A DNA stretch of 64,000 nt from Candidatus Tayloriibacteriota bacterium (GCA_903857825.1 CAIOGI010000009.1:7203-71202); one strand, 5' to 3'; counted from the stretch's first letter, positions 10,443 to 21,008 are shown. A program made the numbers and translations. The notes: generated by a model not told the origin, from the letters alone.

Positions 10443-11697
10443 TAGGTGCCTTCACCTCTGATCGAACAAGGGCTTTAATTCTCATGAAATAAATAACTCG
10501 GACAGTTACAAGCATGCATATAGATGCTATCAAAGTTGCGTATATCGGTCCCATATATCCCATAAGACGTAATAATATAATACTGAGAACAACATTAAAA
10601 ATGGCAAGTACGGAATAAAATATCGTCATAATTTTTGCATGGCCAGTGGGAATGATGATACCTAAATCAACTGTTAGGGCAGAAGCATAGAAAACAAAAA
10701 TCATTACTGAAAACGGTAAAATTTGAAATAATAGATCATTGTAATATGCCGGATAAAATTGCTTAACGAAAATAGGAATGAGAAACATGCTTATAGTTCC
10801 GATTGTTACTGCCGCCAACATAGTCAGTAGCGTATATTTTTTTAGATGTGAGTGGATACTTTTATATTCCCCCCGCATATTCAAATGAGTGAAGTTTGGT
10901 GCAATTACCTGGGCCAAGATCGCAAAAGGACCCGATAAAATCATAAAGATGCGATTCAAAAAGTCATAGGTGGCAATTTGGTCAAGATACCCGTAGTGAC
11001 CAAGTAAAACTATATCTGTGCGAGAAAAGATCTGGTAACCAACTGCAGCAACCCCACAAATAAATGAATAGGTGGCAATATTCTTTAGGACAGACCGGTC
11101 TATTCTAAAACTCAATTCTTTATGTGCAATCGCTAGTGCGATAATCAGAATGGAATAAAATACAATTTGGCTTACCATCGCTCCGTATATGCCATATTTC
11201 TGGACTAGAAAATATATAGGAATAACGAAAACAATCCCTATACCCATAGTGATCAGTGATAAATATTTAAATCTTTTTAAACCGCGAAAAATCCCATCAT
11301 AAAGATAGGAGATCGGGATTAGAAATGTGAGAATGACTATGAATAAAACATAACTCACTTGCATATGTAGGATGTATGTATTTATAACAATAAAGCCTAG
11401 TGAGAGCGTGGCTGCTACTGTCGCAATCAGTATAAATGAACTTGCTACAATTGATTTTAGTTTTGTCTGGTCGGTTTTCGAGTACTCAGCGACATACTTA
11501 CTTGTGGCTGTCGATATCCCGAAGTCCCCCACTAACCCAAGTAGAACGGCAATTGATGATACATAGCTATAAAGACCCACCTTCCCAGGATCTACAAGAT
11601 GCGCCACGATGAAGAATATGAATATATTCATTCCTTGTTTTACGATTAATTGCGCACCTCTCCAAATGGAGGATTTGATTATATTATTCATGTTCAT
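10432..11697 (-). CDS. Wzx-like oligosaccharide flippase / polysaccharide biosynthesis protein (MOP superfamily)
   Basis: 12-14 TM helices with a polysacc_synt-like layout. Lies next to the GT genes. Confidence 0.55.
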   Translation of the reverse strand: MNMNNIIKSSIWRGAQLIVKQGMNIFIFFIVAHLVDPGKVGLYSYVSSIAVLLGLVGDFGISTATSKYVAEYSKTDQTKLKSIVASSFILIATVAATLSLGFIVINTYILHMQVSYVLFIVILTFLIPISYLYDGIFRGLKRFKYLSLITMGIGIVFVIPIYFLVQKYGIYGAMVSQIVFYSILIIALAIAHKELSFRIDRSVLKNIATYSFICGVAAVGYQIFSRTDIVLLGHYGYLDQIATYDFLNRIFMILSGPFAILAQVIAPNFTHLNMRGEYKSIHSHLKKYTLLTMLAAVTIGTISMFLIPIFVKQFYPAYYNDLLFQILPFSVMIFVFYASALTVDLGIIIPTGHAKIMTIFYSVLAIFNVVLSIILLRLMGYMGPIYATLIASICMLVTVRVIYFMRIKALVRSEVKAPIIS

Positions 11698-12649
11698 TTT
11701 GGAAATAACGATATGAAATCATCGCTGTGTTAATTGTTACAAGTGACAAAGTGTCCATCCAGGGTTTAACAAGGAAACTTTCAAAAAACATTCCTGTCTC
11801 TATAAATGATTTGGCTGACAGACCAAACACGGCCACAATATATGAGATCAATAGTACATTCGATATAAAGGGGGCAATAAATATAGATACCAATAAAAAT
11901 GCTAGTCCAATCAAGGGAATATTATATTTAAATAGAAGACTAAAAGGGTCCTTCTTGTTATTTTTTATCAGAAAATTTCTTGATCTAGCCCCTTTTATCC
12001 ATACCCTGAATAATTCACCAAACTCTGAACGATTTTTATGCAGCAACTTTGCTTGTGGGTTATATTGAATTAAGTAACCAACTTTTCTTACTCTCTGGCA
12101 TATTTCCTTGTCTTCGGATCGAGGTATCTCAATTGATCCATTCTCAAACTTCTCGAGAAAATATCCAGATTCCTCTAACACAGCTCTCCTTATTGTAAGG
12201 TTGCACCCAGGATATGTTTGGACTTTCCTGGTTTTCAGATATCGGGGATATCCCTCAAACAGAGAAACTCCTAAGTAATCAGATACCCATGTTTTTATCA
12301 TAGGCATAACCATTCCTCCCCCAGCCCCCACATTCGGGTTCCTAAATGTCTCCTCATGATATTTCAGATAGTCTTTGTCTAGTTTTAAGTCTACATCCAA
12401 AAAAACCAGTATTGCTCCTGATGAATTAATTATTCCACAATTTCTTGCCTCAGAAAGTCCTCGTCTTTTTTCAGTTAGCACTTTAATAGGATATTTTGAC
12501 GCAACTTTCAGGGAGTTATCAGTCGAATCATTGTCAACATACACTATTTCATACTGATCTTTTGGGTAATCCTGTACAAGACAGGATTCAATGCACGAAT
12601 CCAAATTTTCTTGTTCATTATATCCACAAATAATTAAGCTGAATTTCAT
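11684..12649 (-). CDS. family 2 glycosyltransferase
   Basis: LIICGYNEQENL...VDNDSTDNS...FLDVDLKL, the GT2 DXD pattern. C-terminal TM segments. Confidence 0.75.
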   Translation of the reverse strand: MKFSLIICGYNEQENLDSCIESCLVQDYPKDQYEIVYVDNDSTDNSLKVASKYPIKVLTEKRRGLSEARNCGIINSSGAILVFLDVDLKLDKDYLKYHEETFRNPNVGAGGGMVMPMIKTWVSDYLGVSLFEGYPRYLKTRKVQTYPGCNLTIRRAVLEESGYFLEKFENGSIEIPRSEDKEICQRVRKVGYLIQYNPQAKLLHKNRSEFGELFRVWIKGARSRNFLIKNNKKDPFSLLFKYNIPLIGLAFLLVSIFIAPFISNVLLISYIVAVFGLSAKSFIETGMFFESFLVKPWMDTLSLVTINTAMISYRYFQNEHE

Positions 12650-13767
12650 AAATATTTACTATATTGCCTCGATATAATTTCTCTGTCATAAAACTTAATC
12701 GCTCTTTGCCGTCCTTCGTCTCCGAGAGCGGATATCCTATTCCAGTCCAAAACTAGAAGATTAATCGTCTTACCGATGGTTTGATCGTTTTCAGGAGGAA
12801 CAACTAATCCTGAACCGTTTATTATTTCCACGCAGCCAGAAGAATTACTTGTAATCACAGCACACCCTGCTAACATTGCCTCAAGTAATACCATTCCAAA
12901 ACTCTCATATTTAGATAAAAGACAAAATATGGCCGCCTGCTCCAATAAATCCTTATATTCTTTTCCATTGTTATCAAGCCAGCCATGAAAAATAATTTTT
13001 GTTTTAGATCTTTCAGCGAGTTGCTTGAGTTCATTCATCATCGGACCGTCGCCCGCTATATGGACTTCCCATTTTATATCTTCGTCTGATACAGCCCTGA
13101 TCAAATGCTGAAAACCTTTACTTCGCAATAATCGTCCTGAAGAAAATATTATTTTCCTTTTCGATTGAGGGTGAAACTTTTCAATATCAATTCCATTGGG
13201 AATTATTATTATTTTTTTACGATCAAACCTAGGATATACCTTTACTATCTTATTTCTAAGAAAGTCTGATGGTGAAATAACAATCTTCGCATTGTCCAAT
13301 ATAATTTTCCATATTTTTACAAGAAATGGATATATCATTTTGAATCTAGAATTATACCCAATAACATCGCTTCCATGAGCCGTTACTATAAATGGCAGAC
13401 CAAACTGTTTTTTAAGTATATATGACAAAATTCCTGTAGGAATGATGAAATGGGAGTGGCAGATATCGTAATAATTTTGCTTAAGCAAACTTCTACACTT
13501 TAAATATCCAAACAGTAAATATGTGAGTTGTTCCCAAGGATGACAGATTTCCTTTCTACTTCGTAGAGACTTTACTCGATAGATTCTAAATGAATCGTTA
13601 ATTTTTTCATACGCCGGCAGGAGCTTATAACTCATAGTGACCACATCGATGTCAAATTCTCCAGTTTCGCTCAATCCTTCAGCAATATCATAAGACACTG
13701 GACTTGCTCCGCCACCTAGAGGCGGAAATTCGTAATTTAGCAGAAGTATCCTTTTCTTGGTTGCCAT
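12646..13767 (-). CDS. family 4 (group 1) glycosyltransferase
   Basis: GT4 C-terminal signature ESFGMVLLEAMLAGCAVITSNSSG... Confidence 0.8.
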   Translation of the reverse strand: MATKKRILLLNYEFPPLGGGASPVSYDIAEGLSETGEFDIDVVTMSYKLLPAYEKINDSFRIYRVKSLRSRKEICHPWEQLTYLLFGYLKCRSLLKQNYYDICHSHFIIPTGILSYILKKQFGLPFIVTAHGSDVIGYNSRFKMIYPFLVKIWKIILDNAKIVISPSDFLRNKIVKVYPRFDRKKIIIIPNGIDIEKFHPQSKRKIIFSSGRLLRSKGFQHLIRAVSDEDIKWEVHIAGDGPMMNELKQLAERSKTKIIFHGWLDNNGKEYKDLLEQAAIFCLLSKYESFGMVLLEAMLAGCAVITSNSSGCVEIINGSGLVVPPENDQTIGKTINLLVLDWNRISALGDEGRQRAIKFYDREIISRQYSKYL

Positions 13768-14705
13768 TATTTTCTTATAATTTCGCGCACATAATAACGC
13801 TTTTCATATGGTGAGTTATTCAGATGAATCCGGATCAGGAAATCCATGATGATACCAAAGCTGAAAAACATGATACCCGCGATAAAGAGAAAAGCTGTGA
13901 GAAAGAACCATCCATTTCTATTGAGGGAAAGTCCAAAAACAACTTTTCCATATATAGTCCAGAAACCGGAGAGGAAACCTACAAAAAAAGAGGCGAGACT
14001 AAGGTATCCGAAAAGATGAAGGGGGCGCTGTGAATATTTCTGGATGAACCAGATCTTTATTAGGTCAATAAAGCCACGAATGGCTTTCGTGCAGTTATAT
14101 TTACTTTTTCCGTTAACCCTGGGTCGATGATTTACTATGATCTCACCTATTCTGAAACCTTTCCATTTCAGGATCGGCAGGATATAGCGATGCATCTCAC
14201 CGCCGATATCAAGACTTTTTGCGGCTTCTCTTTTATAAACACGCAGAGTGCAACCAGTATCATGTACAACGTCTGAGATAATAAGCCGACGCATGAGTCT
14301 TCCCATGCGAGTAAGAATATTTATGCTTCCATTATCCTTTCTTTTCTTGCGCCAACCTGCCACAACATCAAGATCGTCCTGTGTCAGTTTCTCAACAAGT
14401 TTGGGAATATCAGCAGGATCATTTTGTCCGTCTCCATCAAGAGAAATTATGAAATTACCGTCCGCCGCCTTGAAGCCAGCATCCAACGCCACAGCTTGTC
14501 CGTAGTTTCGGTTCAAATTGATTATAGTGACACCGTGAAGGGATTTCAGCTCTCCTAGAGTAGAATCGGTACTTCCATCGTTGATATAGATAATCTCGGA
14601 ATAGCCACGAAGATGGCTCATTGCCGACTTTATTTCACTGTCTAGATTTGTTATGTTTCCTGCTTCGTTAAAGACTGGAACAATGACTGAGTATTCATTT
14701 TTCAT
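13767..14705 (-). CDS. polyprenyl-phosphate sugar synthase (GtrB/DPM1/ArnC-like GT2)
   Basis: SVIVPVFNEAGNI...INDGSTD...LDGDGQND, plus two C-terminal TM helices as in GtrB. Confidence 0.8.
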   Translation of the reverse strand: MKNEYSVIVPVFNEAGNITNLDSEIKSAMSHLRGYSEIIYINDGSTDSTLGELKSLHGVTIINLNRNYGQAVALDAGFKAADGNFIISLDGDGQNDPADIPKLVEKLTQDDLDVVAGWRKKRKDNGSINILTRMGRLMRRLIISDVVHDTGCTLRVYKREAAKSLDIGGEMHRYILPILKWKGFRIGEIIVNHRPRVNGKSKYNCTKAIRGFIDLIKIWFIQKYSQRPLHLFGYLSLASFFVGFLSGFWTIYGKVVFGLSLNRNGWFFLTAFLFIAGIMFFSFGIIMDFLIRIHLNNSPYEKRYYVREIIRK

Positions 14706-14779
14706 GTTTTAAAGTATAACACATAATATATTGGTTGTCTATTTATCGTGACTAAGGCTTTTGATTTTAAATCATCTAC

Positions 14780-15148
14780 TTATTCCAAGTGTAAATATAT
14801 TTTTTGCTCCCGAATTTTTGATGCCTCAGCTAGAGCTGATGAAATTTCATTTAAATGAAGTCGGATCATCTCGTTTGGTATGTGCATTGTATCGAATCCA
14901 CTTTTATGTGAGTAGTAACCACGACTTAAATCAGACACAATTTGCTCGGGGTTTGTAAGATGTTGTATACCATCGACCTCGATATTAATTTTTGCCTTAG
15001 GAATCGCTAGATCTATGTGCTTAAATCCATCATGAAGTTCTACCAAAACACGAACTCCCTTTTCCTCCAGAGCATTTTTTAAATCGGATGCTTCCTTTGT
15101 TGGAGTTCGATATTTTTTTATTATAATTTTCTGATTTGTTTCTTCCAT
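14780..15148 (-). CDS. DUF559 endonuclease-domain protein (Vsr/restriction-endonuclease-like fold)
   Basis: HIDLAIPKAKINIEVDGIQH matches the DUF559 D...E.DG..H core. Confidence 0.5.
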   Translation of the reverse strand: MEETNQKIIIKKYRTPTKEASDLKNALEEKGVRVLVELHDGFKHIDLAIPKAKINIEVDGIQHLTNPEQIVSDLSRGYYSHKSGFDTMHIPNEMIRLHLNEISSALAEASKIREQKIYLHLE

Positions 15149-15191
15149 AATAAATCTATAATTCTTCTGCTAATCTATTAACATTTTTTTA

Positions 15192-15947
15192 TTAATAATT
15201 TGGGTCAGCGGCATTTGCTGCTTTTCTATAATTACAATGATCACAATCCTGAGCTGCAATTGGCATTTTTCCATCAAGACATTTTTTGATATCGAACAAA
15301 GATTTTTCAACCCATGTACTGTCACCAGTATAGGGTAAAATATCTATATCAAAATCTATTTTTGCGTCAAAGGCTTCGCGGTCTGTCTTACCGTTGCAAT
15401 ACACGAAATATCCTGTATTTGAAACTTTGAATCCTGTTTGGCGTAATAGCCACTGATACATTTCCATTTGACGTTTATAACCCATCTGCCATTCTGCATC
15501 GAGAGTCACTTTAGCTGGCTTACTAGTCGCTTTATAGTCTACAACCACAATCTCACCAGTTTTATCTACCCATAGGTCATCTACAGCTCCTGTCATTATA
15601 AAATTCGTTGGCTTATGATGGTATTGAACCCCTTTGAAGTTCTCTCGCCATTCATTGATCTTTTCATGCTTAAAGGGGACCATATCGAGGCTATAAGCCT
15701 TCATTAGGGGGTGTGGAGTCCCCTTCGCTCGATGTATGTCAAACTCCTTCTTTAGAAGAGTATCTACAGCCGAATTTATGGCAAATGGAAATGGTGGAAT
15801 CTGGCCTACCCCAAGTCGACGATCGATATAAAAACATTTGGGGCATTTTGTGTATAGTTCGATTTTTGATCGAGACAATTTGAAAGGCTCCGTGCTTGCC
15901 GGATCATAGAGGTTTCGTATTCTGTTCGCCTTATAATATTCTGACAT
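15192..15947 (-). CDS. Cas4-like PD-(D/E)XK nuclease (DUF83, RecB family) with a four-Cys cluster
   Basis: CPKC at the N-terminus and CDHC at the C-terminus. GAVDDLWVD, VVVDYKAT (D-x-K) and the QxxxY motif KRQMEMYQWLL. Confidence 0.6.
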   Translation of the reverse strand: MSEYYKANRIRNLYDPASTEPFKLSRSKIELYTKCPKCFYIDRRLGVGQIPPFPFAINSAVDTLLKKEFDIHRAKGTPHPLMKAYSLDMVPFKHEKINEWRENFKGVQYHHKPTNFIMTGAVDDLWVDKTGEIVVVDYKATSKPAKVTLDAEWQMGYKRQMEMYQWLLRQTGFKVSNTGYFVYCNGKTDREAFDAKIDFDIDILPYTGDSTWVEKSLFDIKKCLDGKMPIAAQDCDHCNYRKAANAADPNY

Positions 15948-15950
15948 GTT

Positions 15951-16847
15951 TTATAGGCTATACTGGTAAGATTGGCTGATATAGTCAAGTGCTGCAACTA
16001 TTTCTTCAGGTTTCTCTATTCTAAACTTCGTTTCTCCGGTTCCCCAGTGTCCTTTTTGACTTACATCATGTAATTCGATTCCATTCCTCTTGATCCTGTC
16101 TACAGGCATCGTTATGTGAATCCATAATCCTTTTGCCTGAGGAATAATCTCGCAAAAAATATTTTCAATTTTATAACTGATATATAGTTTGGTAAACTTT
16201 TCCTCTATGTTGGTATCGAGTTCAAAAATCTTCTCTTTTAGTTGATCATAAAGTTCTCGACTTTCTTTCCAACTATCACGAAATAAATGATTTATCGTGT
16301 ATTCTTTTCCGTATTCCCGGACAGGTTTTTCATCGTCTTCACTTACTAGTTTCTTTGATCCACTTAGTTTGAATCCCTTCTGAAAGTTTTCTACATCAAC
16401 CGAAAGAAGGTCGTCATAGAGACGATATTTTAGAAGCTCGATTGTGAACGGCAAAAACTTCACAAGTCCAAGATCAAATTTGTTATAACTTTCAGCTACA
16501 CAAATGACTCGAGGAGATGACCAATCAACTATTATCTCCAGTTTTTTAGCTTGAACAAGTTTTTCAAACTTCTCCTTATGATCAAGAAGCCATTCAAGAT
16601 ACCATGTAGCTTGATTTATTACAGAATCATTCTGAGTACGCTTATATTCAATTATAACGGGAGATCCATTTTGATCAATTCCGATTGTATCGATTCTACC
16701 TTCATTGGTAGTGAACTCAGTATCAAGAAAATAAATACCTAGAATCTCCTTCAGGTTTTCCTCTATTAATCGTTGAATGTCTCGTTCAACAACGCTTCGC
16801 TTTTCGATCTTCACCGCTTTATTATTTTGTATTTTGAATAGAGGCAT
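15951..16847 (-). CDS. NucS/DUF91-like PD-(D/E)XK nuclease domain protein with C-terminal extension
   Basis: GRIDTIGIDQNGSPVIIEYKRTQNDSVINQATWYLEWL parallels the NucS motif G.IDILA.D..G.LVVIELKR...Q..RY..W. Confidence 0.45.
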   Translation of the reverse strand: MPLFKIQNNKAVKIEKRSVVERDIQRLIEENLKEILGIYFLDTEFTTNEGRIDTIGIDQNGSPVIIEYKRTQNDSVINQATWYLEWLLDHKEKFEKLVQAKKLEIIVDWSSPRVICVAESYNKFDLGLVKFLPFTIELLKYRLYDDLLSVDVENFQKGFKLSGSKKLVSEDDEKPVREYGKEYTINHLFRDSWKESRELYDQLKEKIFELDTNIEEKFTKLYISYKIENIFCEIIPQAKGLWIHITMPVDRIKRNGIELHDVSQKGHWGTGETKFRIEKPEEIVAALDYISQSYQYSL

Positions 16848-16940
16848 ACAATGTGGATGTTCTCAATATGATAACATGCGAAAAGAATTAATTGAAGGCC
16901 TGATATAGATTTCGAACCGTAACTCTGATATAATTATTTA

Positions 16941-18323
16941 ATGAAAAATATCTGGCTTCTCACCGAAGAACGACCTAAAAACGATGTCATTCTCACTATT
17001 TTGAATAAGGTCGGGACAGACAATAATTTTAAAGTTCAATCTGAGGGTGCGAAGGTTATACCTATTATGAAAGATGGTTGTTTTACTTTTTTATACAAAG
17101 TTGAAGATGTTAAATGCGAAGGATTTGAAAATATATTTATTAAAATAGCCAGTGGTAATTCTAGCTTCGTCGATTTTTTGATATTTCTCCAAGAAGCAGA
17201 GCCTGATCAAAGTTCAAAACCTCTCTATGCAATAGAAGAAACGAAAACCGATGATTCAGAATCTCGTAACACAGGAGTCTACCAACGCTGTAGTAAGTTT
17301 GTATATGTAGAATTCTATTATCCGGGCATTAGGAAAATAATGCTCTACAGTTTGCAGATCAAGCAAAAAATAAAACCAACAGTAACCAATATTTTCGGCA
17401 CACGAATGCTACGAACGATAGGCGTTGAAATTCTTGGCAAAACATTTGATGAGGAAGTCATGAGACCATTCACGAGCCTCGATGAGCTAGTTCAAGCAAA
17501 GAGTGCTATGAGAATGCCCCCGACCGGTAATGTCCCTATTCAAATCGAGGTGCACCCTGACAAAATCACAGTATCAGGAAGGCTTTTTAAAGCTGGTGGG
17601 ATAGGCCATGACCCTAATATCGGCGCACTCACCATCATAGCTCTCTGTATTAGACGTTGGGAAAAAGAAAAGCCAATCATCATAACCAAACATGGTTTAT
17701 CTCAAGAACATCTTGGAAGAGGAAACAAATTTATTCAGATCGCCAACAGGCTCAATATCGGGCTTGATGGTTTAAATGTCCAAATTGCAACTCAACATGA
17801 GCTTTATTGGCATTATGAAATGTCCCAAGAAAAGCTAGCCACTATATTTCTCCACGTCCTATTACTCAATTACACGAAAGCAGAAGTCATCTATGCCAAC
17901 CATGGAGGCACGGAGAGAGGATACTTTATGCACAAAGTTCAGGGACCGATCGTGATTGAGAAATATCAAGAAGGAAAACGAGCCGCATATAAGCTTGGCG
18001 ACAAATCTCTGATTATTCACTTACCAGACATGATCATTTTTGATACTGCTAGAAATCAGATCATCAATGTCGAGGGTAAAAAGTATAGTACACGAGCAGC
18101 TGGTATCGAGGAGTTGGCAAACTATTCCTACATTGAAGAAAAAGTGATTCTACCTTCACATAGTCCTTCGGCTTTTATCAGGACCGTTGTTGTTTTTGGT
18201 AGCAAAGAAACTGAACTTAAGGAAAAAGAGATCGGATTTATGCTAAATGAAAATGGAGATCTTGTGTTGGGTAAATATGCTCCTGAAATATTTAAAGAAG
18301 TAGTATCAAAAGCTACAGCCTAG
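16941..18323 (+). CDS. candidate type II restriction endonuclease (context only)
   Basis: 460-aa ORF convergent with the adjacent adenine MTase and overlapping it tail-to-tail by 4 nt. No conserved motif; this is the usual R-M layout. Confidence 0.3.
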   Translation: MKNIWLLTEERPKNDVILTILNKVGTDNNFKVQSEGAKVIPIMKDGCFTFLYKVEDVKCEGFENIFIKIASGNSSFVDFLIFLQEAEPDQSSKPLYAIEETKTDDSESRNTGVYQRCSKFVYVEFYYPGIRKIMLYSLQIKQKIKPTVTNIFGTRMLRTIGVEILGKTFDEEVMRPFTSLDELVQAKSAMRMPPTGNVPIQIEVHPDKITVSGRLFKAGGIGHDPNIGALTIIALCIRRWEKEKPIIITKHGLSQEHLGRGNKFIQIANRLNIGLDGLNVQIATQHELYWHYEMSQEKLATIFLHVLLLNYTKAEVIYANHGGTERGYFMHKVQGPIVIEKYQEGKRAAYKLGDKSLIIHLPDMIIFDTARNQIINVEGKKYSTRAAGIEELANYSYIEEKVILPSHSPSAFIRTVVVFGSKETELKEKEIGFMLNENGDLVLGKYAPEIFKEVVSKATA

Positions 18324-19441
18324 GCCTCTTGTAACGCCAAGTCTTTTTTCTTTAGCTTCCCCACCCTTTTATTTCCAACCTGAGAATTCTCTAGAATATA
18401 TAATTGCTCCTGAATAGTTTTCATATGCTTCGAGTCTCCGTTGCTATTGCTTTTAAACCTGAGGTAATCAATATTCTGCAATGTTACTCGTCCATACTTC
18501 TCTAGAGTTGCAATGATATCTTTCTCAGGCATTGCACCTTCAGAATTGTAGCTCAAAATCAGATAGCGGTATTTAGCTGTTTTTGCCACCTTATCTAAGG
18601 CAAGAAGTGCTGTATTTTTATTACAAAAATCAGATTTTTGATTCTTGTAATCTCTCATTCCTGTTACACCCTTAATCGCAGGACTGTCGTATCGTGCGAT
18701 TGTTTCCAAGAGATGATAGTTCGGTGCATATTGCCGATGGTTATAAGGAGGATCCATATAGAGTATGTCTACATCTAAATCTTCCACTAGATCCATACTG
18801 TTCCTGTTGAACACAGTATGCTCTTTGTCGCCTGAATAAAAACTCATTTCTTTAATTTGAAGCGGCTTTAACGCTCTAGGGTCATACTCCTTAAGAAAAG
18901 CTGCATAGACACCTGAAATATTTGCATAGAAAGGTACACTTTCAATAAGAGAAGCGAGAAGTACAAAATACTCATTTTCATTTATTAATTTTTCTTTCCA
19001 CCATTCTTCTATCAAAAGTCTTATAGCATCAATCTTCTTACCATTCTCGGGTAGAAAGAATTTTCTTTTATGTTCCTGATCCTTAGTTCCTTCATCAGTA
19101 TAATTTTTGTAAATAAAACCTTTAACACCTTTCAATTCGTTCAAATAACTTCTTACAGAATCAAAAGGAGAAGCAAAAAGAATGTTCGATGAGACATCAA
19201 GTGTTTTCAGCAGTTTTTTAAACTCAGGTTCACCATTATTTTCTATATAAGCTTTTTGGAGTACATAAGAAAAATAGAGTAAATCAGAAGACACAATCTC
19301 AAATCCTTTTTCCTTAAAGAATCTTCCAACATTTGAAGTACCAGAAAAGAAATCGCAAAAAACCCCATCTTTTACGCCAGTCGAGGTTACGGCTTGGTAG
19401 ATTCGATCCAGCAATTTTTCTTTGTTGCCAATAAATCTCAT
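18320..19441 (-). CDS. N6-adenine DNA methyltransferase, D12/alpha class
   Basis: Motif X RFIGNKEKLL, motif I FFSGTSNVG, motif IV YMDPPY. Confidence 0.75.
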   Translation of the reverse strand: MRFIGNKEKLLDRIYQAVTSTGVKDGVFCDFFSGTSNVGRFFKEKGFEIVSSDLLYFSYVLQKAYIENNGEPEFKKLLKTLDVSSNILFASPFDSVRSYLNELKGVKGFIYKNYTDEGTKDQEHKRKFFLPENGKKIDAIRLLIEEWWKEKLINENEYFVLLASLIESVPFYANISGVYAAFLKEYDPRALKPLQIKEMSFYSGDKEHTVFNRNSMDLVEDLDVDILYMDPPYNHRQYAPNYHLLETIARYDSPAIKGVTGMRDYKNQKSDFCNKNTALLALDKVAKTAKYRYLILSYNSEGAMPEKDIIATLEKYGRVTLQNIDYLRFKSNSNGDSKHMKTIQEQLYILENSQVGNKRVGKLKKKDLALQEA

Positions 19442-19442
19442 A

Positions 19443-21008
19443 TTAATAGTTTGTGATTAACAGCTCTGCCACCTTGCCGCGCTGATCTTTTTTACTATTC
19501 AAAGTTCGACCAGAGAAAACTTGCTGAATTTTATAACCCTTATAAAGATCCCGAATGAATTCACAATCTGAATTGGAGAGCATCACTTTACAGCCCTTCT
19601 TATCCAAATGATCAATTTTTTCCTTCAGTCTTATTTGATCCTCTTTATGGAATTTCTCTTTAGTATAACGAGTGAAATCAGAATAAACTGATATAGGATA
19701 GTAAGGAGGATCGAGATAAACAAAATCATTAGTGCCAGCATCATTTACCGCCATCTCAAAATCTACTTCTTTTATTGCCACATTTTTTAGAACCGCACTA
19801 GCACTTCTGATTGTATGTTCATCACATATAAGCCGATTGAGAGAGCTGCCTATTGGTACATTAAACTGCCCTTTTTGATTGACCCTATAGATACCATTAA
19901 AACAGGTCTGATTTAGATAAATCATTCTTGCAGCAATTTCAGCTGAATTCAATTTTTGGAAAATATCAATTTCCCGATCTAAATTTCTTACTAAAGGATA
20001 TAATTCTTTTGAGTGTTTTGATCGTAACTCCTTAAGCAGTCTGATCACTTCTTCTGGATTGTCTCGTATACCCTCATACGCCCTGATCAATTCAGTATTG
20101 TTGTCGGCCAGAATCGCCTTTTGAGGTTGGAGATGGAAAAACATTGCCCCTCCACCGAGAAAAGGTTCGTAGTAAGAATTGAATTTTTTAGGTAGAAACT
20201 GTTCGTATTGAGAAATCATCCCTCTCTTGCCTCCTACCCATTGAAGAAAAGGTGTTGCCTTCTCATCTGGTGAAGAATTTGTCTCTCTTTTTACATTTGC
20301 AGTCAGAGGCATGCGTTTCAATAATTTCGTCAATTCGCTTTCATGCGTGTGTACTGATTCAAGCTCTCTAATAATTTTTACAACTACGCCTCTGATCTCA
20401 ACTTCAGTTCTAAAAAAAGGAAGTAGGTTTTGATTTGCCGGTTGCAAACGGAATCTCCCCTTTTCCTTGTAAATCTTTTTTAAGGTTGCCTGATTATCAT
20501 CAATAATTGCGACTACAGTTTGACCATCTTCTGCACTTTGCTGTTCTCGTATAACGACAATATCACCATCAAATATTCCATCATCGATCATGCTGCTTCC
20601 AGCCACCTTTAAAGCGTAGTGCTTTCCTGCATTGGGTATTTCACCCTGAGACAGTACCAACATCTCACCGTGCCTTTCTACTGCTTCAATAGGCAATCCG
20701 GCAGCAATAGTACCTAGAATTGGGACATGAACACTGCCAAGAGCCTTTTTAGGGGCAACAGCTCGAGGTTGATTGATCTCTTTATAAATCAAGCCAGCTT
20801 CCTCAAGTTTTTTTACATGATGATGAGCTGTAGATACCGAAGAAAGTTTTAAATGTCCTTTTATTTCTTCAAGAGAAGGGGCGAACCCATGCTTTTTACT
20901 ATAGGTAGTAAGAAAATCTAATGTCTGTTTTTGTCTTTTAGTTATCATATTACACTTTCGATTTATTTTCGATATCATAATTATAGCGCCACCTAAATTA
21001 AGAAGCAA
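19443..21008 (-). CDS. LexA-like autocleavable repressor (wHTH + S24 peptidase) fused to a Dam-type GATC adenine methyltransferase
   Basis: N-terminal half: MITKRQKQTLDFL..., cleavage site IAAGLP, GSSM (Ser nucleophile), ATLKK (Lys). C-terminal half: FLQWVGGK, FLGGGAMFF, FVYLDPPY, collinear with E. coli Dam. The likely true start is the ATG at 20948 (MITKRQ). Confidence 0.75.
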   Translation of the reverse strand: MLLNLGGAIIMISKINRKCNMITKRQKQTLDFLTTYSKKHGFAPSLEEIKGHLKLSSVSTAHHHVKKLEEAGLIYKEINQPRAVAPKKALGSVHVPILGTIAAGLPIEAVERHGEMLVLSQGEIPNAGKHYALKVAGSSMIDDGIFDGDIVVIREQQSAEDGQTVVAIIDDNQATLKKIYKEKGRFRLQPANQNLLPFFRTEVEIRGVVVKIIRELESVHTHESELTKLLKRMPLTANVKRETNSSPDEKATPFLQWVGGKRGMISQYEQFLPKKFNSYYEPFLGGGAMFFHLQPQKAILADNNTELIRAYEGIRDNPEEVIRLLKELRSKHSKELYPLVRNLDREIDIFQKLNSAEIAARMIYLNQTCFNGIYRVNQKGQFNVPIGSSLNRLICDEHTIRSASAVLKNVAIKEVDFEMAVNDAGTNDFVYLDPPYYPISVYSDFTRYTKEKFHKEDQIRLKEKIDHLDKKGCKVMLSNSDCEFIRDLYKGYKIQQVFSGRTLNSKKDQRGKVAELLITNY

